From positions 1,206,973-1,270,972 of the forward strand of contig NC_068991.1 in the NCBI RefSeq assembly GCF_001194135.2: a stretch of 64,000 nt of DNA, written 5' to 3'. Shown here piece by piece: positions 1-13,051 of this stretch; position 1 is the stretch's first letter; the number at the start of each line of letters is the position of its first letter. The translations under genes and the position numbers were made by a program. This DNA comes from Octopus bimaculoides. Taxonomy: Eukaryota. The notes beneath the pieces are model-generated. The model ran no database searches. It saw only the letters and a program-made list of their open reading frames with translations, and was not told the DNA's origin.

Positions 1-27
1 CCAATTTGAATATATATAAACACACAC

Positions 28-29
<2 letters not shown>

Positions 30-116
<87 letters not shown>
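30..116. repeat. (TA)n microsatellite
   Basis: Direct reading. Confidence 0.95.
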
Positions 117-125
<9 letters not shown>

Positions 126-375
126 ATACATACATACATATACATACAAACTTATACATATAAACTTATATGTGCATGTACATGCATATATGTATGTGTA
201 CATATACCTATGTACACTCATACACACATATATACACTCGTATATCCGTATATAGCATGTACTTTCCATTGTAAAAGTCGTATCTGTTTTGAAGAGGGTG
301 TGTCTGGTAATTTTCCTGTTTTCTGATGACAGAATGGCGATTAGAACACACACCACATCTATCTACCCGCCTCTT

Positions 376-424
<49 letters not shown>

Positions 425-495
425 ATCTGTGTCTCTGTCTCTGACTCTCTCTCTCTCTCTCTCTCACTCTCTCTCTCTCTATATATATACATATA

Positions 496-552
<57 letters not shown>

Positions 553-1262
553 ATGGATGTATGTAAAGAGATGTATGTATATACACACAGGCAACCAACC
601 AACCATCCATCCACACAATCTTCCTCGCCTTNNNNNNNNNNNNNNNNNNNNNNNNNNNNNNNNNNNNNNNNNNNNNNNNNNNNNNNNNNNNNNNNNNNNN
701 NNNNNNNNNNNNNNNNNNNNNNNNNNNNNNNNNNNNNNNNNNNNNNNNNNNNNNNNNNNNNNNNNNNNNNNNNNNNNNNNNNNNNNNNNNNNNNNNNNNN
801 NNNNNNNNNNNNNNNNNNNNNNNNNNNNNNNNNNNNNNNNNNNNNNNNNNNNNNNNNNNNNNNNNNNNNNNNNNNNNNNNNNNNNNNNNNNNNNNNNNNN
901 NNNNNNNNNNNNNNNNNNNNNNNNNNNNNNNNNNNNNNNNNNNNNNNNNNNNNNNNNNNNNNNNNNNNNNNNNNNNNNNNNNNNNNNNNNNNNNNNNNNN
1001 NNNNNNNNNNNNNNNNNNNNGTGTATCGTCGTGGTGGTGGTCACGTTGTGACTGGGTTGGTTAGTATTGGTGTTCGAATGGGAAGTGGGGGGAGCAATGC
1101 ATAGTGTCACAGTGGCAACGGCGGCGGAGTCGGTCATCGTGTGTTTATAAAGATCTCTCACCCCCAGAGGACTTCCTCCACCCCCATCTTTTGCACTCCC
1201 CTTCTGTCTCAACTCATGGTGACTTAGCAAAGCCACTACTGACTCTCTGTAGTCATGTCCCT

Positions 1263-1294
<32 letters not shown>

Positions 1295-2572
1295 GCTACT
1301 ACTACTACTACGTTCCCCCCCCCCCACAATATCGGTGAATAATGTTTATAAATAGAGGGGGGGATCAGTCATTAGTCACAAATAGAATGGCTGGGAACAG
1401 CATCGACTAAATCAGTCGCAGCGACAACACCAACAACAGCAACAACAAAAGTTCCCGTATCAAGAGGTAAGAAGCGGGTCTGGTCTGGTGGTGTCAGTGT
1501 CAGCTGTCAGCTGATCGATTCCCAATACTGTCATCACTTGTCACGAAATTATTCTAACTTCTGTAAACATGGAAACTCTTCGTAAACGTACTTTACCTTC
1601 TCCTCCCCTGCGCCCGCCTCCTCCCCTGCGCCATCTTCAACGTCATCATCATCATCGTCGTCGCCACCGCCGCCGTTGGCGTCACTGTTGTAGGTGTCAT
1701 TAATTAACATCATCATCGTCGTTCGTTGTCATCATCATCACTATCAGCGTCACCATCAGCGTACCCTTCCTCTTCTTCTTCTTCTTCTTCTTCTTCTTCT
1801 TCTTGCCTTTCTTTCTTTCTTTTCTTTCTCTCCTTCCTCTTCCTCCTCCCTATTTCTAAACCTGTTTCCCTTCTCCCCTATTATAACCACACGCTTCATT
1901 GGCCATTATCTCTGCAAGACAATATTGCCCGATGGAACACTGATTGATACACAATTTGTCTCTCTTTCCAAATCCTAGCACAGCTTATCTCTAAAAGGAA
2001 AGTTATCTCACTAGTACTACACACACACAGATACATGTGTGTGTATATATATATANNNNNNNNNNNNNNNNNNNNNNNNNNNNNNNNNNNNNNNNNNNNN
2101 NNNNNNNNNNNNNNNNNNNNNNNNNNNNNNNNNNNNNNNNNNNNNNNNNNNNNNNNNNNNNNNNNNNNNNNNNNNNNNNNNNNNNNNNNNNNNNNNNNNN
2201 NNNNNNNNNNNNNNNNNNNNNNNNNNATATATATATATATTTATATATATATGTATGTATGTATGTCAGAGGGGAAAACAGATGCGCTAGGTGCGTGACA
2301 AAATTGCCGTTTTGTTTGCGGCTCTAAATAACGACCCCGTTAAATCCCTTTTGCCGCGTGGTCCTAAAGGGATCTGTACAGGAATGGGAAAAAAAGGAAT
2401 ATTTATTGCAAAAGAGGAACATAAAACATGGATTTGGCATTCTTTATTTCATCTGTTACACATGTTTCTGTGTTCAATCATTGATAATGTGGATCTAGGT
2501 CTAACAACGACGACAACAACAACAACAACCACAAAAACCACTGACACCTTCACTGCTTGTTCATGGTTGCAC

Positions 2573-2752
2573 GACCTGCTAGAAATAGTAGCTACATCTC
2601 CCTGAATCGCTGCCAATTATCTTTAAATACGTCACCTCAGATAACGTATTCAGGGTTATGTTATAGAGGGAAAATTAAATCGAGATGGTCTCTGCTGGAA
2701 TGTCTTTCACTAAAGTTCTGTGCCCACACTACCACCACCGCAACAACAACAA
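2573..2752 (+). mobile_element. Family C copy
   Basis: GACCTGCTAGAAATAGTAGCTACATCTCCCTGAATC ... GATGGTCTCTGCTGGAATGTCTTT ... (CAA)n. Confidence 0.65.
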
Positions 2753-2974
2753 CAGCACATCATCATCATCATCATCCAAGTAAAATAACAGCCACATTTC
2801 ACCTCAATCTCCTTCGTATTCAACTGCCGTCACATGATAGAGTAATTAGCCATTAGCATTGACAATCAGCAGGACTGGAATTTGAACTAAAGACACCAAG
2901 ATTCGGAACTGATGCAACACATTCGCTTACAATCTCACTGTCCTGAATTACTCTTATTTTATGTATAAATACCG

Positions 2975-3091
2975 AAATAATGAAAGGCAAACATTGACTT
3001 CGGCCCGATTTGAACTCAGAACTCGGACAGCCGGGAGATATACGGGCAAGCATTTTAGCGACCGCTCTGACGATCTCAGCAATTGGCCGCC
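2975..3091 (-). mobile_element. SINE family A, 5' part
   Basis: Reverse complement matches the head, B-box (GAGTTCAAATC) and TTTGCCTTTCAT of the 46572 copy. Confidence 0.7.
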
Positions 3092-3300
3092 ATTTGCAAT
3101 ATGTTATATACATCCCCATCATGTATGTATATGCTCCAGTGATGATGTGGTCGCGGATCTGTATAACAGGCTATATAAACCAGAAATACACTCAGCGCAG
3201 CCGACACAACGCCACGTGACACCGGATGTCTTCTCTTCACTGATAACATAACAACAATGTAATATGTACGATGGACACATTTAATATCAGGACTCTGTAA

Positions 3301-3301
3301 C

Positions 3302-3388
<87 letters not shown>
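3301..3388. repeat. (CA)n microsatellite
   Basis: Direct reading. Confidence 0.95.
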
Positions 3389-3391
<3 letters not shown>

Positions 3392-6139
3392 CACGTACAA
3401 GCATATAAACACACATATAAACTAACTTGTTAGAAGTTAAATAAGTTGTTAGATTGGATTAAAAATAACATTGTCAGAAGAGAATCTCACTCTCTTTCTC
3501 TCTCTCAATCTATTTAAACATATACGCACACACAATCGCTCACATACACACGCTCACTAACACACCCACACCTACTCCACAGGGTACATCAATAATTAGT
3601 CTTACCGAGGTTTCCATTTATATTGTTTTTCCAAAAGTGCTCAACAATTGTTTATATAACTTATGAATTACGAGGCTATGACATTAAGTCTAAAAAAAAA
3701 ACAAACAAACAACAAACAGAAAGAACTAATTTCTAAATGCACGATACAATGCAATTATTCATGATGTGTGTGTGTGTATATATATATATATATACATACA
3801 TAAACATACATACTTATGTATATACATATATGTATACACACACACACACACACACATATGCATGCATGTATGTTTCTATGTATATGTATATACATGTATA
3901 TAAAGATAACATTGAGCAACATATGGAGATCAGAAGTTTGTTAGGGTTTGATGTGAAACGGACCGGATAATTACTTATGATTTGTGTGTGTGTATGTGTG
4001 TGTGTATGTGTAAGCGTACATGCGTATGTGAAAAATACATTTACTTTTAACATGTGGAGGTAGATTAACATGGTGGTGGTGGTGGTGGCGATGTTGCCAG
4101 CATTTCTTCGTTGGGGAGGCTGAAGGGTTAAGAGTCGTGATGAAGGATGTGGCTATGGCGGTTGGTGGAGGTGGTGGCGATAGGTGTGCTGGCGGTGCTA
4201 ATGGCGATTTTGGCGTGTATAGTTTTGGTGGTAGAATTCATTTCACTTTAAAATGACCATCACCACCGGAATTGGCGCCCAACCACCAGGACCATACAAC
4301 TAAGACCACCACCACCACCATCAATAACACCCTTACCACTACCACCAGTGCAATCTTCCCGCCTCCACCGCTGTTGCACATTTCCGTGAGTCATATACAA
4401 ACCCGTTCTTCTACTTCGGTGCAATCTGTTGAAATATATGCACATGCACAGATGCATTTATACACAATTTTGTGCACGCAACAATAACATCTATTNNNNN
4501 NNNNNNNNNNNNNNNNNNNNNNNNNNNNNNNNNNNNNNNNNNNNNNNNNNNNNNNNNNNNNNNNNNNNNNNNNNNNNNNNNNNNNNNNNNNNNNNNNNNN
4601 NNNNNNNNNNNNNNNNNNNNNNGTGCTTTTTGTGTGTGTGTGGGTGGGGGGGCACTGCACTTCAACAGGCAAAAGAACAAAGAAAATAAAAACGAGTACA
4701 AAAACAAGGGCATCAGTAACAATATAACTGCCTCCAGACGGTGCAACATGGAAGGGACTCCCTTTTTATATTGCTTAGTCAGAAAGGAGGGCAGTGACCC
4801 CGATCACTATTTTCTGGGATTTCAAGAACGTGTTATAACAAACAGTTCTGCGACAGTATATATATATATATATATATATTTAAAAGGCGTATCTTTACAG
4901 CTGTTTCGAATAAGCGATGAATGGTTCATGAGTATGCATATTGTGTAAGAAGGTGCAATACTGAGGTAATCCTGTGGGCTTGCGTGAAAGTAAAGTATCA
5001 ATTAGCACAAATTTTCAAAGCACTATGCTATCAAGCTGTTTACATTATCTCAGTATTGCATCTGCTTGCACAGTATGCACGTACTGTTATGTCAACCATT
5101 GATCGACCGTTCAGAACAACTGGAATGACATGATTTGGTTACATATGTGTATGTTTTTATGAGGATGTATATATGTATATATATATATATCTGTGTGTGT
5201 GTCACACACACACACACAGATATCACTATGCACATATGTGGCTCATTTGTGAAATATATGCATGTATCTATATATACCTATATATATATATATATATATA
5301 TATATNNNNNNNNNNNNNNNNNNNNNNNNNNNNNNNNNNNNNNNNNNNNNNNNNNNNNNNNNNNNNNNNNNNNNNNNNNNNNNNNNNNNNNNNNNNNNNN
5401 NNNNNNNNNNNNNNNNNNNNNNNNNNNNNNNNNNNNNNNNNNNNNNNNNNNNNNNNNNNNNNNNNNNNNNNNNNNNNNNNNNNNNNNNNNNNNNNNNNNN
5501 NNNNNNNNNNNNNNNNNNNNNNNNNNNNNNNNNNNNNNNNNNNNNNNNNNNNNNNNNNNNNNNNNNNNNNNNNNNNNNNNNNNNNNNNNNNNNNNNNNNN
5601 NNNNNNNNNNNNNNNNNNNNNNNNNNNNNNNNNNNNNNNNNNNNNNNNNNNNNNNNNNNNNNNNNNNNNNNNNNNNNNNNNNNNNNNNNNNNNNNNNNNN
5701 NNNNNNNNNNNNNNNNNNNNNNNNNNNNNNNNNNNNNNNNNNNNNNNNNNNNNNNNNNNNNNNNNNNNNNNNNNNNNNNNNNNNNNNNNNNNNNNNNNNN
5801 NNNNNNNNNNNNNNNNNNNNNNNNNNNNNNNNNNNNNNNNNNNNNNNNNNNNNNNNNNNNNNNNNNNNNNNNNNNNNNNNNNNNNNNNNNNNNNNNNNNN
5901 NNNNNNNNNNNNNNNNNNNNNNNNNNNATTTGAGATTTTGAGCAGTGTTCTTACTGTGATGTTAGCTCAGTTCCAGTCGTCTATGAGGAGAAAATAAGGC
6001 ACCATCGATTATATATATATCTCTGACACAGCAATGGCACAACGCCGCCGCAGAAATCATTAATTATTAATTTAACTTTTCAGTCGTAAATAGCGGAAGT
6101 GATTGCCAGAGCGCTATTAAGTGAAAGGTTATGATGAAG

Positions 6140-6152
<13 letters not shown>

Positions 6153-6179
<27 letters not shown>

Positions 6180-6215
6180 AGAGGTACAGGGAGAGAGAGA
6201 GAGATAAAGAGGTAC

Positions 6216-6253
<38 letters not shown>
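6153..6253. repeat. (GA)n with a duplicated GAGATAAAGAGGTACAGG interruption
   Basis: The same interruption occurs twice, about 28 nt apart. Confidence 0.85.
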
Positions 6254-6257
<4 letters not shown>

Positions 6258-6618
6258 GGGCGGAGAGTGAGAGAGATGAGGTGTGAGAAGAGAGTCGTGA
6301 TAAATACGAGGTAGGAAAATAAATACGTGTGGCTGTGTTGGAGACAATTAATCTTATAATAAGACTTAATTTATTAATTGGCTGAGATAATTGACACCTT
6401 TCACTCGCAGTGTGGTCCCCATCTTCTCTACCAAATAAACATTAATACGCAAAGTAAAGAAAATTTAATAAAGGAATTCAGATTGTGACCCGTTTCACAC
6501 GAGCTGGAGTGAGAGAAAGAGGGAGAGAAAGAGAGAGAGAGATAGAGAGATAGAGAGAGATAGAGAGAGAGAAAGTGAGACAGACAGAGACAGTGAAGGA
6601 GGCAGGCTTATACAGCGG

Positions 6619-7186
6619 AATTGGGAAGCAAAACTAATTCATTCAATGACTCAAACGACTCCAAAATATCTCACCTGTCACCGAAAAGATCGTAAATCGA
6701 AAGTGGTTTTTTTCCCCGATTGGAAATCCAAGTGAAGGCACAGCAAATGGAAGCAGCGATGCGCAACGAGCGAGGCCGCCAACTGATGCTCTCTCGCTCG
6801 CTGACATTCCCAGCTTGCCGCTAAACGTTGTTCCTGGCTTGCGTGTTCGTTACTCGAAACACCGTTCGTCACCCGAGACGTTTTATGTTAGAAAAACTGT
6901 TCGTAAACCGAAGTTGCACTGTATAGTATTCCTCATGGTTTGGTCTTTTGTAGCAATTGACGCCTCTCACTTGCAATGACGATGAACATGATGATGGTGA
7001 TGATGGTGACGATGAAGCAAAAAGACAGAAAAAGAGAGTGAGAGGAAGCGGGAGAGGTGGTGTGCGATGTACTTCGCTTCATCAACTTAATCGATATATT
7101 TGGTAAGTTACCTGGTCATTCAGGTGACAGGTGAGATATTTTGGAGTCGCTTGAGTCATTGAATGAATTAGTTTTGCTTCCCAATT
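6619..7186. mobile_element. Non-autonomous TIR element (MITE/foldback), 560 bp, 60-bp TIRs, AATT target duplication; Sola-like termini
   Basis: 6623-6682 is the reverse complement of 7123-7182 with one mismatch. Termini are GGG...CCC, flanked by AATT at 6619-6622 and 7183-7186. Confidence 0.75.
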
Positions 7187-7442
7187 ATCGTTGATGGTGT
7201 TGTCACTAATCATTAGATGTGTATATGTGTGTGTATGTGTGTGTGTGTGTGTTTATATTTTATAATTATTTAAAAAAATATTCAGATTTCTAAGTCGTAT
7301 TTATAACTGCATGAGTACGGTTGCCTAATTTGAATTTCTATCTGAATTCTTATCTTTGGTCTCGGGTTCGGGCCGAGCACTTCTTAAGCAGTTCTTTATT
7401 TTCCCATAAGAAAGAACAATAACAATATATGTATATGCATGG

Positions 7443-7518
<76 letters not shown>
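7443..7518. repeat. (ATCT)n microsatellite
   Basis: Direct reading. Confidence 0.95.
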
Positions 7519-7519
<1 letters not shown>

Positions 7520-8250
7520 ACTAACTACGTACGTACGTACGTAACTACCTACCTTCCTATCTATCTATATATATATATATACATATATATATANNNNNNN
7601 NNNNNNNNNNNNNNNNNNNNNNNNNNNNNNNNNNNNNNNNNNNNNNNNNNNNNNNNNNNNNNNNNNNNNNNNNNNNNNNNNNNNNNNNNNNNNNNNNNNN
7701 NNNNNNNNNNNNNNNNNNNNNNNNNNNNNNNNNNNNNNNNNNNNNNNNNNNNNNNNNNNNNNNNNNNNNNNNNNNNNNNNNNNNNNNNNNNNNNNNNNNN
7801 NNNNNNNNNNNNNNNNNNNNNNNNNNNNNNNNNNNNNNNNNNNNNNNNNNNNNNNNNNNNNNNNNNNNNNNNNNNNNNNNNNNNNNNNNNNNNNNNNNNN
7901 NNNNNNNNNNNNNNNNNNNNNNNNNNNNNNNNNNNNNNNNNNNNNNNNNNNNNNNNNNNNNNNNNNNNNNNNNNNNNNNNNNNNNNNNNNNNNNNNNNNN
8001 NNNNNNNNNNNNNNNNNNNNNNNNNNNNNNNNNNNNNNNNNNNNNNNNNNNNNNNNNNNNNNNNNNNNNNNNNNNNNNNNNNNNNNNNNNNNNNCTGAAG
8101 GTGGGTGTGTGACTGTCTTTCTCCTGTCCCTCGCTTCCAACTGTCCTCGGAAGTATGCGTCACACATTTATATATATATGGAGATTTATATAAAGATACG
8201 CGCATGGTTATATGTTCGTGTACACTCATGTATATGTGTCACTGTCTACG

Positions 8251-8289
<39 letters not shown>

Positions 8290-8467
8290 ATGGATAAATA
8301 TATGTATATGTATATATGTATGTATATATATATATATATGTATATGTATATATGTATATAAATATGTGTGTGTGTGTGCCTTTTACATGCATATATATAT
8401 ATATATATACTTTCATATTAGATGTCTTGTTTACTGATAACCTTTGATATTTGATATCTAAGGAGTG

Positions 8468-8533
8468 TGTATATCCATGTGTATTACGTATGTATATCCA
8501 TGTGTATTACGTATGTATATCCATGTGTATTAC
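8468..8533. repeat. 23-bp tandem repeat, about 2.9 copies
   Basis: Unit TGTATATCCATGTGTATTACGTA at 8468, 8491 and 8514 (partial). Confidence 0.9.
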
Positions 8534-10109
8534 ATGAATATATATATACACACATATACATGCGCGTATATATCTATCTTTCCATGTATTTATGAGTGTA
8601 TGTATACACGTGCGCATGTGTGCGTGCATGGGCATGTTAGGATGTGTGTGTGTGTGTGTGTGTGTGTGCACGTGTGCACGTGTGTGCGTGTGTGTTGACA
8701 TCAGTGTTTCTTCTCGTTCCTCTCCCCATTCCCCTCATATATTGAACTTTCAATCATTTGTTGCTGTTGTTGGCAAACCTCCAAAACACCTCCCACCTCT
8801 AACACCATGAACATTCATCAAATCTCTATTTCATGTCAAAGGTCAACAAACAACGTCAGCCTGGGTCAACACACTTGCACACACCCGAGCACACATATGC
8901 AGGTTCGCATACTCGCACATCCATGTATATCGTTTTTAAAACTGAAGACCAGATCTTGTCTCGCAACTCGAGTTTCAAGTCAAAATCTCCGAGTTTCGGA
9001 TGCCGGGATGGGAACCAACGCCGCTATCTCTTCAGTTATCCGGCCATTGAAAATTCCTGTGAATATATATATATATTGTGTTTGTGTGGTGTGTGTGTGT
9101 GTGTGTGTTAATATAGATTGAGTATAGATAGATATATACCGGCCTTNNNNNNNNNNNNNNNNNNNNNNNNNNNNNNNNNNNNNNNNNNNNNNNNNNNNNN
9201 NNNNNNNNNNNNNNNNNNNNNNNNNNNNNNNNNNNNNNNNNNNNNNNNNNNNNNNNNNNNNNNNNNNNNNNNNNNNNNNNNNNNNNNNNNNNNNNNNNNN
9301 NNNNNNNNNNNNNNNNNNNNNNNNNNNNNNNNNNNNNNNNNNNNNNNNNNNNNNNNNNNNNNNNNNNNNNNNNNNNNNNNNNNNNNNNNNNNNNNNNNNN
9401 NNNNNNNNNNNNNNNNNNNNNNNNNNNNNNNNNNNNNNNNNNNNNNNNNNNNNNNNNNNNNNNNNNNNNNNNNNNNNNNNNNNNNNNNNNNNNNNNNNNN
9501 NNNNNNNNNNNNNNNNNNNNNNNNNNNNNNNNNNNNNNNNNNNNNNNNNNNNNNNNNNNNNNNNNNNNNNNNNNNNNNNNNNNNNNNNNNNNNNNNNNNN
9601 NNNNNNNNNNNNNNNNNNNNNNNNNNNNNNNNNNNNNNNNNNNNNNNNNNNNNNNNNNNNNNNNNNNNNNNNNNNNNNNNNNNNNNNNNNNNNNNNNNNN
9701 NNNNNNNNNNNNNNNNNNNNNNNNNNNNNNNNNNNNNNNNNNNNNNNNNNNNNNNNNNNNNNNNNNNNNNNNNNNNNNNNNNNNNNNNNNNNNNNNNNNN
9801 NNNNNNNNNNNNNNNNNNNNNNNNNNNNNNNNNNNNNNNNNNNNNNNNNNNNNNNNNNNNNNNNNNNNNNNNNNNNNNNNNNNNNNNNNNNNNNNNNNNN
9901 NNNNNNNNNNNNNNNNNNNNNNNNNNNNNNNNNNNNNNNNNNNNNNNNNNNNNNNNNNNNNNNNNNNNNNNNNNNNNNNNNNNNNNNNNNNNNNNNNNNN
10001 NNNNNNNNNNNNNNNNNNNNNNNNNNNNNNNNNNNNNNNNNNNNNNNNNNNNNNNNNNNNNNNNNNNNNNNNNNNNNNNNNNNNNNNNNNNNNNNNNNNN
10101 NNNNNNNNN

Positions 10110-10140
<31 letters not shown>

Positions 10141-10897
10141 GTATGTATATGTGTATGTGTATGTGTATGTATATGTGTATGTATGTATATAACTATATAT
10201 GTGTCTATAAAGATTGCATGTGTACTTCTGCGTTTGAGAGAAGAAGAAAGAGAGAAAGTGAAAGAGTTTTAAGTGACTTGTTCCTTCTTTATCTCTTTGA
10301 GTATGTAATACTATTTCACTCTGTTTATGAAAATACCGATCCCACGAGAAACGCACACGCACACACATGTATACATACATACATACATACATACATACAT
10401 GTATATGCACACATGCTATTACATACGCTTTCACACGCACATAAAAACACATGCACCAGAGCCATAGTCCTAATTGTTGACACTTAACACTGTCCCCTTA
10501 CTAGAGTCCCTCCTTTTTGGTTGCAACGTTTGCCGTCTCCCATTCGCAATGACTTCTCCTATATATTCTGCCAAACAGGCAAACCCCGCTTCTTCATTCT
10601 GTGTACCCTAATCCTCATAGAGCCACGTACACCGACGTCATATTGCACGTGGTCACGTGAGACGGTGCAACTTCAGCAGCTGAGATCTTCAATGGTGTCC
10701 TTACTCAGTGCAGCTTTGTCACTTTCCTTCTTCGTCAGAGTTCTGAACTCCGCCCTTTCCAGGCAAACAGATGAAGAAGTTCCATTTAATCTCACACCCC
10801 ATATATCTACACACATCGATAATCTCCATAATATATAACATTGAACAAACTTATATGAATTCCCGCCATATTTCCCATAAACATTTCACTTCTAATA

Positions 10898-10966
10898 CGG
10901 GATGGTCATGTCTGGAAATGCCTTTGAACAACGGTCTACTTGATGAAGTCTGGCCTGCAGTTAAGC

Positions 10967-10997
<31 letters not shown>

Positions 10998-11003
10998 GCA
11001 GCA
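10898..11003 (+). mobile_element. Family C, 3' part with expanded (CAA)n tail
   Basis: CGGGATGGTCATGTCTGGAAATGCCTTTGA...GGTCT...TTAAG(CAA)n. Confidence 0.6.
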
Positions 11004-11440
11004 ACGAAACATCACTTTTAACTATCCCACCATAGCCACCCCTCCAACCCACCGTCACCACCGCCACCTTCACAGTTACGTTCATTTCCATACAACTACC
11101 ACCATTAACAGTTCATTCTCTGACATAACCACCAGCATCACCACCACCACCACCACCACCACCATATTAACCCTTTCACCAGCCTTCATTATCTTTACCC
11201 TCACCCTCTCATCTCCCCTACCTCTACCTATCACTAATACCCTAATTCCCCAAGCTGACAACACCACCACCACCACCACATCCCTCACCATAACTACCGC
11301 CCCATTTCACCTCCAAGACAAACTTACAAAATGATGACAACATTGCGATGATAAAAATTAAAATGGGATACAATTAACAATTTCTGCAACAATGTAATTA
11401 ATCTACCATCACACACAGGAAGACATGCAGCAATGATGAC

Positions 11441-11481
<41 letters not shown>

Positions 11482-12584
11482 CAAGAACGATAATGAGAAT
11501 GATAATCACAGCCAAAGCAGCGATTGGGATAATGGTGTCTTAATTTGGCGTGAAGGCATTTGTAAAGCAATTAGTGTTACGTATTTCTATCGACGTGGGT
11601 CACAGGAATTCGCATAACGAGTCATCACGGAGAGATATTAATTCGTTGGTCGTTCATCCAGATAATCCAAATCTAAATGACTCAAGGCTTACAGGGGAGG
11701 TGTGATGATGTTCATGCTTTTCTGTATATTTTTTGTTTTGGTTTGTTTGTTTTCGTCGTGTAAGAAGTAAATATAAAAAGAAGTTTCTTCGACCGGAAGT
11801 TAAAAACTGGATCGCTGACCGAGTCAGGTCATTGCACACCCTTCCATTTCCTCTCAGACAACTGTTAGCCATACGACTTAGCTTTTAATGAGGAATTATG
11901 GCTGGAGTTATCTTGTTTTGGCACCAAGAAATAATGATTGTCACACCGTCTCTTTCCACATATCTCAGGAGGAAATTCTTCTACAAGAGTTTCATGTAAT
12001 TATTATTGCTGTCCTTATTAACCTCAGGTCAACTTCAGTCATGCAGTGATAAGAGACGTTCTGGTGGTTACCGTTCCATTTATAATTAGGAATATATTAT
12101 ACAATTTTTTTTTTGGCGAGGGTGGGAAGGTGGGGGCAGGTATGCTCATCATACCGCCTGATTTAGTACCACTTCCTGGTTAATGATGGAATTTTAGCAG
12201 AAAATGCATTGTAAGGACTCGATCAGGTTATCGACAGGGATTATCGTATTCTCATGGCTTAACGACACCATCTGCACTTTCCCAGATGTATAAAACTGAA
12301 AATAAACACCCCTATCCCTAACATCTGTGGTTTCTGATTTAACCAAGGTCCTTCACCTTCGAAATGGAACGTTCGGGCGCGGCTTTGTGATCACTGGCCA
12401 TTTGGTAGGCCTGACTGGATATTCAGCTTGTGTTTGCCTTAGTATGGCTTGGCACTAGAGACCAACACACACACACGCACGCATCTAGTTTGAGTGAAAG
12501 AGAAGAGAGAGATATTATACATATATAGTCATAACTGGAGACTCATACCTATGAACTGAGAGAACGAGAGGGAGAAGATAGAGC

Positions 12585-12745
<161 letters not shown>

Positions 12746-13019
12746 AGCAACATTAAAATGATAGAAATCTTAAAACGTTTGATGTCAAATGAGTGCTAAA
12801 TTAGCGACGTCAAATAGGCGGCGGCAAAACGCCTGTGCCAAAAAGTCTCATATCTCTTACACAGTAGTAATAGTAATAGTAGTAGTAGTAGCCGCAGCAG
12901 CAGTAATAGTAGTAGTAGTAATAGTTGCCGTCGTAGTGGTGGTAGTAGAGTTGTGGTTGTAGGCATGATAGTGGTGGAAGGTTGGTGATAACATGAAAGA
13001 AATGGTAGTTGTGTCGTTG

Positions 13020-13051
<32 letters not shown>

